Shown piece by piece: positions 40,601 through 49,700 of a stretch of 64,000 nt of DNA. The notes beneath the pieces were generated by a model. The model worked only from the letters and a program-made list of their open reading frames with translations. It made no database searches and was not told the DNA's origin. Source of the stretch: Bacteroidia bacterium (GTDB taxonomy: Bacteria; Bacteroidota; Bacteroidia; NS11-12g; UBA9320); assembly GCA_965216465.1 (NCBI GenBank), contig CBDCFW010000005.1, positions 544,001-608,000 of the forward strand. Direction: 5' to 3'. The first letter of the stretch is position 1, and the number at the start of each line of letters is the position of its first letter. The position numbers and the translations under genes are program-made.

Positions 40601-40756
40601 CTTATCTTTGAAACAAAAAATCCTACGGAAGGTTGGAACGGCCAATACCAAGGGAAGAAGTGTCAACAAGGGGTATATGCATATAGTGTATCCGTTGTGA
40701 TTCCAGGGCGGAATCGTGTTTTAAAGAAGGGTACTATAACTCTTCTAGAAAACTAG
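37661..40756 (+). CDS. T9SS type-B (gliding-motility-associated CTD) PKD-repeat protein
   Basis: Multiple PKD units; MPNAFTP...NDQF...IYNRWG...GWNG...GVY CTD; true start probably the ATG of MKTLN (~37706). Confidence 0.88.
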   Translation: MFLQLKECTTKLILRMKTLNQFAKKTVKNSVKPALITLTFFLLSLYSFGHSGIVVLVKSGCNEFYLCVGNYHSIADARDAIKTGNSGVYLDIGRDGFLDSCCNGGSAIGSDFIPFESSFDSKRDTAWQYIGSRQIEELLSYFKSSSQYNPNSNKSFTSQTIWLNAGCHRGLDSWLILKIDSALVPYYKYKARVGDASYVERPCGGASPEFSVEYNPGDVSLSASDSIICPADSILLVAEDTLNIKWYKGTTLINGVSDSLYITDPGSYFYTIDSGCRVKRSNSVFINLDTSGPVSIGKDTVVCNGKEFSLSLKSSFIPISWSSDRFDSTLFVDSTQQIWVVARNINSGCISSDTIQVNFQYVTIDLGPDTFMCSNTPFELKSHNTNYAHMWSTGDTTSAVLVDKEQLVILTVMDSLKCKFSDSILVSIHPIPVPNMLSSSELVQCYDKNEFSFNSNYNKEIKAKNFWYLNNNFINQGLDSIHIENLSVGAYSVKVVTRSEFGCSDSFVKIIEVLPSPQSNIAWIDSNFCFDENYIQLQSQTNNDTLGEQIAWLIGSNKIGQSKNLDFSFTKSGVDTIKLWIHNTYGCSSIDTVSITIHPSPKADIQVSRDHYCLNDEGFQFKSESKIQSGIIAMHNWQFSDGTSDFGDVLPAKQFDQSGFYNVLLRVTSDKGCNSSDSLLVRVDPLPEVSISINPVSQHCLNENKFHLQSSTNISGGLVTEWMWSIDNQVYRSPNVSNVTFLSAGTKPIELQVWSDKGCTQFAHNELEVYTNPEPLFSVEDVCLRQSANFNNLTPTPHGQIIHKYLWDFGDLQSSTKEQPRHMYVQPGHYDVLLQVETDKGCIGISDITIIDVHPLPESQFTSNMTYSWEKISELKFTDNSVGSNGNAWYINRSAVAYNRPEYYYSFQDTGLFLVSLEVINEYGCRDTNTKEIFVFPDPKFEMPNAFTPFSSYGLNDQFKPIGLVVAKHYSLQIYNRWGELIFETKNPTEGWNGQYQGKKCQQGVYAYSVSVVIPGRNRVLKKGTITLLEN

Positions 40757-41282
40757 CTTAAAAGGTGGTAAAACTGTAACTAGATTATCGCTACTTAACG
40801 GTACACTTCATGAAGTCTTCTTACACTATTTTTCAATTCAGAAACTGAGCATCCTTTTGGCTGTTGGTGGATTGATGTTGGTTTATTTAACCGGCCCAGT
40901 GCAATGTAAATTGGCAACAAGACTTTCGAACATATATAATAAGAAAGTCTTCCATAGCATTGTCTCACGACTCCAGGAATATTATTCATTAAATTATTTA
41001 AGTGATTTCTAGTTGTCTTTTAAGGCTGCTTTGCACTTATATTTTTTAGTACGTACCATGGGATTCTTGTATAATTCCTTCTGAACTATGTTTGTATAAC
41101 AGACTCGATATAGCCTGTTTAAAATACAGTCCACTCCTCTTAAATTAAATTGTAAAATCCAGATTCTCCGAGTTTTCTTGCAACAGTTTGCATATTACCA
41201 AAACGAACTTCCACTAATCCTAACAAGACTTAAAGACCCTTTTCATTTGGTTTTTGTTAGTTTTGAATCATTCAACATATCT

Positions 41283-43739
41283 ATGCGCTATTCTACTTTT
41301 ACGCTTATCATTTTCATGGCTTTTTCAGGATTGGCTAATAAACCTGCCTCCGAAATTTATGTGGATCTACAAAAATTTCAATCCTTAAAGCGAGTTCTTT
41401 ATATCGCAGCACATCCAGATGATGAAAATACACGAGCACTAGCATATTTCTCGCTAGGTGAGAATGCAGAAACGGCCTACCTTTCACTTACCCGAGGAAG
41501 TGGTGGCCAAAACTTAATAGGCGATGAGCTTAGCGAATCATTAGGTGTACTTAGAACACAAGAGTTACTGTCGGCCAGATCATTTGATGGAGCCAATCAG
41601 TTTTTCACTAGAGCTGTTGATTTTGGTTATTCCAAATCGGCTAAAGAATCTCTGGAAATGTGGGGCAAAGATGAGGTTCTTTCTGACGTTGTTCTGATGA
41701 TCAGAAAGTTTAGACCAGATGTAATTATTACCCGTTTTCCACCCGACAAACGAGGAGGACATGGCCATCATACCGCATCTGCAATGCTTGCAATTGAAGC
41801 TTTTGATAAGGCTGCTGACCCTAACTTTCTACCTGAACAGGTAAACGCGTACGGTACTTGGAAAACAACTTCAATCTACTGGAACACCTCTTACTGGTGG
41901 AATAAAGAAATTGCAGACAGTGCTAAAGGAAACTCCGATTTTTTAACAATGGATATTGGCGGATACAACTCCCACTTAGGAATGTCATTCAACGAAATTG
42001 GAACATTAGCCAGAAGCGAACACAAATGTCAAGGCTTCGGTGCTGTAATTGAAAGAGGATCAAGAATTGAGTATTTCAAACACTTAAAAGGTGAAAAACT
42101 GAAGAGCTCGTTTTTCGAAAAAAATGATTTAACCTGGACCAAGTTGATAGATGCCGATTTTGAAGGCGACCTCAACACATTACTAAATAATTTCAATTTC
42201 ACTGAGGTTGAGAAGAACATTCCTGCACTTCTTTCCCTTCAAAAGAGATTAAGAGCGGCCCCATTGACCCAGTTAAACCCCCTGATTGAAGAAAAGCTTT
42301 TAGGTCTTAATGACCTCATTATCAATTGTGCTGGACTCTATTTAGAGGTTGTAGGAGAAGATTATGCCGTTGTAAGCGGAGATGAAATAAAATTGAGTCT
42401 AAATGCTATTAACCGTTCCAACGCAAATATCACACTTGCTTCCGTTCAATTAAACCGTGAAGAGCGTACTGAAATTAATAAAGATTGTCAAATTAATGAA
42501 CAAATCAGCGAAGGGCTTACCATCCATCCAAAATCTGAACTATCAGGCCCTTATTGGCTCCACAATGAATTTACTACGCTGTACATTCTCAATGACAATA
42601 AGAATTTAGGAAAATCTGAAGCCGAACCTTCTTTAACCGCAACCATTCTGCTTGAAATTGAAGGAGAACAAATCGAGACTACACTTCCAGTAGAATATAA
42701 GTGGAGAGACCCTTCTTACGGTGAGAAAAGAAGAGACCTGGTTTTTGTACCCCCGTTCACAGCATCCTTCGATGAGAAAATAAAAATAGCCAAAGAAGAG
42801 GAAGAAAAATTGATACGGGTGAAGCTTCATTCTTTTAAAGATGAATTAGAAGAAGAGATAAGTTTGGATGCTCCAGAAGGCTGGATAGTCGAGCCAAGCA
42901 TCATCAAGCTAAAAATGGACAAAAAGCACGATGAACAATGGGTGGAATTTACTCTCAAACCAACCAAAAACAGCATTGATGGACCACTAATCCTAAGCAA
43001 TAGGGCAGGTGAGAGTCTCTATTCTTACAAAGAAATCGTTTACGATCATATTCCAACGCAGATTTTAATGAATGTAGCGAAACTGCAGTGTATCAAATTA
43101 GAAGCCGAAATCAAACCCGGAAAAATTGCCTACATCAATGGCGTGCAAGATGCAGTTCCAGCAGCTATAGCTCAATTGGGATTTGAGGTAAAACAATATG
43201 AAGTTGCTGATTTGGCCACATTGGACTTATCGCAGTTTCAATCCATAGTGCTTGGAATTAGAATTTATAATGTTCACCCAGAACTAGCCAATTACCATGA
43301 AAAGCTGTACAAGTATGTAGAGGGTGGCGGTAATTTAGTCATGCAATACAACACGGCATCGCGTTCAATTCGGGAATTAGAATTTGGTCCTGTTCCGTTT
43401 AAGTTATCAAGAAACAGAGTCACCGAAGAAGATGCTGAAGTCCATTTCTTGTTGCCTGACCACCCAATCATGAATTCACCTAATAAAATTTCGAAAGAGG
43501 ATTTTGATGGATGGGTTCAAGAACGTGGTTTGTACTTTGCAGGAGAATGGAGCAAAGAATATACGCCTCTACTTTCTTGGCATGACGTTGATGATGATGC
43601 CCAAGAGGGTGCAATTATCGTTGCAAAATATGGTGAAGGACAATTCATGTACACCGGTATTTCTTTCTTTAGAGAATTGCCCAATGGTGTAGTTGGAGCT
43701 TATCGCCTATTTGCAAATATCTTAAGTTATCAGCCATGA
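41283..43739 (+). CDS. PIG-L family deacetylase with C-terminal GATase-like domain
   Basis: AHPDDE, GHGHH, WVQERGLY; start moved to ATG 41283 because TAGTTTTG lies just upstream and a signal peptide follows. Confidence 0.88.
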   Translation: MRYSTFTLIIFMAFSGLANKPASEIYVDLQKFQSLKRVLYIAAHPDDENTRALAYFSLGENAETAYLSLTRGSGGQNLIGDELSESLGVLRTQELLSARSFDGANQFFTRAVDFGYSKSAKESLEMWGKDEVLSDVVLMIRKFRPDVIITRFPPDKRGGHGHHTASAMLAIEAFDKAADPNFLPEQVNAYGTWKTTSIYWNTSYWWNKEIADSAKGNSDFLTMDIGGYNSHLGMSFNEIGTLARSEHKCQGFGAVIERGSRIEYFKHLKGEKLKSSFFEKNDLTWTKLIDADFEGDLNTLLNNFNFTEVEKNIPALLSLQKRLRAAPLTQLNPLIEEKLLGLNDLIINCAGLYLEVVGEDYAVVSGDEIKLSLNAINRSNANITLASVQLNREERTEINKDCQINEQISEGLTIHPKSELSGPYWLHNEFTTLYILNDNKNLGKSEAEPSLTATILLEIEGEQIETTLPVEYKWRDPSYGEKRRDLVFVPPFTASFDEKIKIAKEEEEKLIRVKLHSFKDELEEEISLDAPEGWIVEPSIIKLKMDKKHDEQWVEFTLKPTKNSIDGPLILSNRAGESLYSYKEIVYDHIPTQILMNVAKLQCIKLEAEIKPGKIAYINGVQDAVPAAIAQLGFEVKQYEVADLATLDLSQFQSIVLGIRIYNVHPELANYHEKLYKYVEGGGNLVMQYNTASRSIRELEFGPVPFKLSRNRVTEEDAEVHFLLPDHPIMNSPNKISKEDFDGWVQERGLYFAGEWSKEYTPLLSWHDVDDDAQEGAIIVAKYGEGQFMYTGISFFRELPNGVVGAYRLFANILSYQP

Positions 43740-43846
43740 GTAACGAAAAAGATAATACCAATTGGAAGGCCTGGTATTGGGCATTAATCCTCTTTTTAGG
43801 TGCACAGATTGCACTTTATTTATACATCTCTAATCAATATAACTAA
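43736..43846 (+). CDS. 36-aa single-TM protein (putative SSS accessory subunit)
   Basis: MSNEKDNTNWKAWYWALILFLGAQIALYLYISNQYN; ATGA overlap upstream and TAATG overlap downstream; below the ORF-track length cutoff. Confidence 0.75.
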   Translation: MSNEKDNTNWKAWYWALILFLGAQIALYLYISNQYN

Positions 43847-45561
43847 TGAGCTGGATTGATTGGACAGTACTTTTAGCAACCTTGTTGACCATCGTCATTT
43901 ATGGCTCATGGAAGACAAGAAAAAACAAGAATCTTGAAGGCTATTTAAAAGGCAACAATTCGGATAAATGGATGACCATTGGTTTGTCTATTATGGCTAC
44001 GCAGGCAAGTGCCATCACTTTTCTATCTACCCCGGGTCAGGCGTACGAAAGTGGAATGGGCTTTGTTCAATTCTATTTTGGATTGCCTTTGGCCATGATT
44101 ATCATATCCATCTTTTTCCTCCCAATATACTATCGACAAAAAGTATATACGGCATATCAATATCTTGAAAATCGATTTGATGGAAGTGTACGCTCATTCA
44201 CTGCTTTTCTATTCCTAGTTTCTAGAGGGTTAGCGGCGGGAATTACGATCTATGCTCCTGCAATTATCTTATCTACCATTATGGGATGGAACCTTCAATT
44301 AACCTGTTTACTGATTGGAGGACTAGTGATAATTTACACCGTTTCTGGTGGAAGCCGAGCCGTTTCGCTCACTCAGAAATGGCAAATGGGAATTATTATG
44401 GGCGGGATGTTTTTGGCATTTTATCATGTGGTTCAGAGCTTACCAAATAACATTGGTATTTCGGAAGGAATTGATATAGCAGGTAGTTTGGGGAAGATGG
44501 AAATCATTGATCTTTCTCCTGACCTTTCCAACCGTTACACCTTGCTCTCTGGCTTAACTGGCGGTCTATTTTTATTTCTTTCCTATTTCGGAACTGACCA
44601 ATCACAAGTTCAACGCTATTTGGGTGGTAAAACCTTAAAAGAATCCAGAATGGGATTAATGTTTAATGGCTTATTAAAAATTCCAATGCAATTCTTTATC
44701 CTTTTTGTGGGTATAATGGTTTTTGTATCGTTTCAATTCAACCAACCGCCAATATTTTTTAATGAGTCTGGCACTACCATAAATGTTGAGGAAAATAAAG
44801 AACTGGCAATAATTGAAGAGGCGTATGATGAGAATTTCAAAAAGAAAAAAGCTGCTTTAATTGCGTCATCAAACAGCGGTCAAGGAGATTATTCTACTGC
44901 TGCGCAGCTTCAATTTAGACAAGATTCGTTACGCAAGGCATACAAAGAAACGTTAAGCTCTATCGATAAAGACTATGAGAAAAAAGACAGCGATTATATC
45001 TTCTTGACTTTCGTCTTGACCTTTCTTCCGCACGGTTTAATCGGATTGCTATTAGCTGTGATCTTCTCGGCTGCGATGTCTTCTACGGCTGGTGAATTGA
45101 ATGCCTTGGCATCAACAACAACCATTGATCTTTACAAAAAATACTGGTCTAAGGAAGACGATGAAAAGAAAGATTTAAGAGTATCTAAAATGTTGACCGT
45201 GGGTTGGGGAATTTTAGCTCTATTCGTTGCCCTTACGGCAGGTTTATTTGAGAACTTAATTCAATTGGTAAACATCTTAGGTTCATTATTTTATGGAACA
45301 ATCCTGGGTGTATTCTTGCTGGCATTTTTCTTTAAGAAAGTAGGTGGCAAGGCTGCACTAATTGGAGGTCTGGTAGGTCAAGCAACCGTACTGCTGGTTC
45401 ACCTTTTTGTCTATTTGAAAGTTATTAGCCTTGGATATTTGCTGTACAATGTGATTGGAAGCGTTGTTGTTGTAATAACTGCATTATTAATTCAAAGGTT
45501 GCTTCCCCTTAATCATAAGTATTCAGATACTGCAGAAGGTGTTGAAGCAAGTTACGACTGA
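43846..45561 (+). CDS. Sodium:solute symporter (SSS) family transporter
   Basis: ATQASAITFLSTPG, YLENRF, GTDQSQVQRY and SAAMSS motifs. Confidence 0.92.
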   Translation: MSWIDWTVLLATLLTIVIYGSWKTRKNKNLEGYLKGNNSDKWMTIGLSIMATQASAITFLSTPGQAYESGMGFVQFYFGLPLAMIIISIFFLPIYYRQKVYTAYQYLENRFDGSVRSFTAFLFLVSRGLAAGITIYAPAIILSTIMGWNLQLTCLLIGGLVIIYTVSGGSRAVSLTQKWQMGIIMGGMFLAFYHVVQSLPNNIGISEGIDIAGSLGKMEIIDLSPDLSNRYTLLSGLTGGLFLFLSYFGTDQSQVQRYLGGKTLKESRMGLMFNGLLKIPMQFFILFVGIMVFVSFQFNQPPIFFNESGTTINVEENKELAIIEEAYDENFKKKKAALIASSNSGQGDYSTAAQLQFRQDSLRKAYKETLSSIDKDYEKKDSDYIFLTFVLTFLPHGLIGLLLAVIFSAAMSSTAGELNALASTTTIDLYKKYWSKEDDEKKDLRVSKMLTVGWGILALFVALTAGLFENLIQLVNILGSLFYGTILGVFLLAFFFKKVGGKAALIGGLVGQATVLLVHLFVYLKVISLGYLLYNVIGSVVVVITALLIQRLLPLNHKYSDTAEGVEASYD

Positions 45562-45573
45562 GAATCCTTAAAC

Positions 45574-45605
45574 AAAAAAGCCACTAGTAAAACTACTAAT
45601 GGCTT
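45574..45605 (-). terminator. Intrinsic terminator between convergent genes
   Basis: Minus strand AAGCCATTAGTA-GTTT-TACTAGTGGCTT followed by a T run. Confidence 0.7.
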
Positions 45606-45623
45606 CAATATCTTTAAAAAATC

Positions 45624-46472
45624 TTACTTACTCCATTCAGCAATAGAGTCCTTATTCATTTTTACATAATCGTCATTTCCTGCTTTTTCTGCAGAAGCCA
45701 ATGAGCGTTTTGCTGTTGCAATAGCATCTTCAGTTTTACCAAGCTTTGCTTCGATTAACGATTGCTTTCTCAGGTACCAATAAGCTTGATCACCTCTCAT
45801 TTCAACAGCCTTTTTAATCCATACAAGTGCTTCATCTAAATCTTTGCCATTGTCAAAATAGAAAGATGCAGAACGATAATAATCATTAGCAGATGGTCCG
45901 GCCATGGTAGATTCAATACTCTTCATTACCAATTCATCAGTAGGAGTTTCAATTTTAGCCGTCACTTTGGTGTTTGCCCAGCTAAGATTTAAATCTGCTT
46001 TAGAGCCATCCTTTAGATTGTCAATAGAAATCGTAAACGATTCTACCATATCATTCAAACTGATGGTCTTTACTGAAACTCTAACTACTTCTAATGAGTC
46101 GTTCCACGTTTTTGGAGTACCCCAGATTTCTGTTTCATCATAGATTATGATGTCCCAGCTATTTTTATTTGGTACGGTGAATAAAGCATAGTCTCCAGCA
46201 GGAACATCTTGTCCTTCAATAGTGATAGCTGTAGAGGTTGAAAACTGCACCGCTTTATTTGCTCCAGTTCTCCATACTTTACCATATGGAACTAAGTCTC
46301 CAAAAATTTCTCTGCCTTTCACGCCTGGTCTTGAATATTCGATGGCGATATCTGTTACACCAACGGTCTGTTCAATTTTAGCCGCAGGGCTTGGTTGAGG
46401 TGTATTCACCTGAGCAGTTGATGTAAATGTAACGGTAGCCATTAGTGCGATTGTCACTATAATTTTCTTCAT
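45624..46472 (-). CDS. DUF2911 family protein with C-terminal TPR-like helices
   Basis: PQPSP, YSRPGVKGREIFG.LVPYGKVWRTGAN. Confidence 0.85.
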   Translation of the reverse strand: MKKIIVTIALMATVTFTSTAQVNTPQPSPAAKIEQTVGVTDIAIEYSRPGVKGREIFGDLVPYGKVWRTGANKAVQFSTSTAITIEGQDVPAGDYALFTVPNKNSWDIIIYDETEIWGTPKTWNDSLEVVRVSVKTISLNDMVESFTISIDNLKDGSKADLNLSWANTKVTAKIETPTDELVMKSIESTMAGPSANDYYRSASFYFDNGKDLDEALVWIKKAVEMRGDQAYWYLRKQSLIEAKLGKTEDAIATAKRSLASAEKAGNDDYVKMNKDSIAEWSK

Positions 46473-46765
46473 TTTATTTTAATTTATTTTTATGCTTGGA
46501 CAAAGATATTAATAGTTTAATAAGAAAGTTAATGGATGGCTTTGGTTGACTAAAGATAAGGCGCTTGGTATGAGGTGTAATCTTTTCCTAGCATTATTAT
46601 AAAAATCATGGAGTGAAGAGCTGCACTCTAGTTCTGCAGTTTTAAAAATCCGATTTATGCATTGCACGTTCAAGAGAAAATTCCACACGTTTAAGTAGTT
46701 TTTACTCTTAAAATTGAGGCTGATTCCAAGGATTCCAGTAACTTCTAACGGAAATCAATAAAATT

Positions 46766-49700
46766 ATGAAAACACTTTACCTTTTTTTACTTAGCACCCT
46801 TATTTTTTCTTTTCAGTCTTTCGCCCAGTGTGACAATTGCACCACAAATTTCACCGTCACCTATGCCGATGATGGTACAGGTTTAGGTTTTGACGACCCT
46901 GCCCCATATAACTGCGCAGTAGGGGGCGGCACAACTTCAGTTGGTGCTCAACGAAAATTTATTGTTTGTGAAGTCTTAAAATATATTGAATCAATAATTG
47001 ACTTAAATGGAACAAGTCCTCACATCCACTTTTCAACCTCGTTGGCCAGCCCTAACCCTGAGGGTGCCATTGCTGCGGTTACAGAAGCATACAACCCAAA
47101 TTACAGCACATATTCCCAGATAATTCAACCAATGATTCTTGAGCACATAACTTCTCGTATTGATGCAAGTACACATTGCCCCACAGGTGTAGTCTGTCCA
47201 GATGCAACAATTGAATGTGATTTTGGATTTCCTTTAATTAATCTAGAGCTAGACCCACAAAATGCTCAGGCAGGATCCATTGATTTCTTTGAAGTTGTTC
47301 TTCATGAAGTAACACATGCTCTTGGAGTTTACTCTCTGATTCAAAGCGATGGCACAAGTAACTTATCAGGAAACTTGAATGGGCCTTATACCTCATTTGA
47401 CGCTCATATGAGAAGTAAAACTGGAAACCTGGTAATCAAACCTGATGCAAGCTATAACACAACGCATCAGTTGATGTTAGAAAATACTGTTTTCTATGAT
47501 CCTGATCTAGATTTAAATTATGATTTATATGACCCAGCAAACTGGATTCCCGGTTCATCCTTAAGTCACTTCGTTAGTGGTGTAAACAACTTCGATTTTT
47601 TCTTATACTCAGCTACATCTGGTGGAACTGCTGCGAGGACTTGGACTCCATTTGAAATTCGAGTACTCTGCTTGTTAGGATACGATATCAAAGGTAACGC
47701 ACAAACAGCTCCATTTGGGTGTACATTGTTTCCGGTCGGAAAAGTTGACAATTTTAGTCACAACAATACGTTAAGAGAGAACACCTTTGATGTTCTTTAC
47801 AATGATTTAAAAGTTGGCAATAATCCTCTTATTATTTCTCTTTTACATCCGCCACAAGTATCCGCAGGGGAAGGTGATGTATATGTTGAGAACAATCAAC
47901 TGGTATATGTAAGCCCCAATGATTATTGCGGTCCCGTTGAAATAACTTATTCACCTCAGGATAAGTTGACTGGCAGAATAGGTACTGCCACCACTTGTAA
48001 TTTTATTGTAGACTGCGACTATTGTCCAGATGACCCGTGCAATTTAATTTGTAACGGAGGATTTGAAAGCGGTATAAGTTTGTTTGATTTTGATCAGGCT
48101 TCGAATCGTTTAGATTTACAAAATCGCGATGAGAGTTTCAAACTTTATGGCCAAGCTACACACGTCACGGGTTGGTGGGGACATACTGGACAAGGGACTC
48201 CCGACTTGTTTATTAGAGGTAGTCAAAAACAGCATCCGACCAACAGCCCATTGCTTGTGCAAGGCATTCCTGAAAGCTATCTGGGCCAAGTAGAAACGCA
48301 TAATGGCACCCCAAATGACCGATTTATGCATTCAATTTATAGTGGTAATTCGGAACTATTTTATACCAAACTAACAAGACCTTTAGTTGCAGGCAACCAC
48401 AATCTATCGTTCTGGGTTTACCTTGTAGATAGTAAGACCTATTCTGGAGGAACCACGGAGGAGCAAGCTTTTAATATTGAGTTTTTTATTGATGATGAGC
48501 CCGACAACTTTAATAGTGCCAGTCTTTTGAGTTCTGTTGAAGTATTGGCAGGAAGCGGAAGTAACCATGTTTCAGGGCGTTGGATTCAGTACAATGCAGT
48601 GGTAAATGTCCCACAAAGTCTTGTAGGACAAGATTTTCTGTTTGTTAGGGCCAAGGAAGTTGACCCTGCTGATATAACAGTTTCTGGTTGGAGTGGGGGC
48701 AATTTGTTCTTTGATGATCTCCGACTTGAGTTAAGTGGTCCATTATTAGCTATCGATAAAACTGTAGATAATCCAACTCCTGATGAGGGCGATTTGGTAA
48801 AATTTACCTTCGAAATAACCAATACGGGCAATCAAACGGCCAACATTTGGATAGAAGACTACGTACCTCTTGGTCTAACAATTACCTCTAATCACAACTA
48901 TTCAAGTTACAATAGCTCGTCAAGAACTTTTAGTGAAGGGCCAATTAGCGTTCAGGCAAATCAAACAATTTCTCGAGATTTTGAAGCACAAGTTGACAAT
49001 GGTACATCATGTCAAAGACTTACAAGTGTTGCTACTATTGCAAACTCAGCTCCTCTTCAAGGTTGCTATCAGACGAGATCCAGTCAGGACATAGTTGTAA
49101 CTGAACAATTATGCCCATGCCAAGTAGATGAATTTCCAGGGCAATATAGTTACGTTTGCGAAGATGATCCGACAGTAGTGCTCGAAATGGACGGCTCTTC
49201 GTATGGGTCCGGAATTACATATACATTAACTGATCCTCAAACAACCACCACTTCAAACTCTACAGGTACTTTCATTATCACCTCTCACGAAGAGGGGATT
49301 TATTCTATTGAAATCAAGGATGCAAATGGATGTGTCCTAGCCTCTCAGAAATTCACAATAATTTATTTAATTACTGATGACCAAAACGTAACCTGCGATG
49401 ATTGTTTGGTAGAAGGTTCAAGTTCAATTATTTTTCAAAAACGATATGAGAATGACTTGACGTCTCCCAATCCTCCAGCATTAAACAGAGAGATGTTTAC
49501 TGTAGGTTCTCAAATTCACGAAGATATCATCTACAGTCTAAGCGGCAGCACAGCTTCAACCGAGAATTCAACATTTTTTATGGTTCATCTAACAGATTTA
49601 CTAGGAAACTTCATTACATCCTATCGATATGATTTTACTTCTAACGAATGCGAGTTTCACGCCATCAGACCTAAAACTATTGAAGTAAATGATGAGGGAA

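Noticed and set aside
40795-41160. Short minus-strand ORF with IPGV, possible IS110 transposase relic
   Set aside because: No further transposase motifs could be traced in any frame; unsupported without a search.
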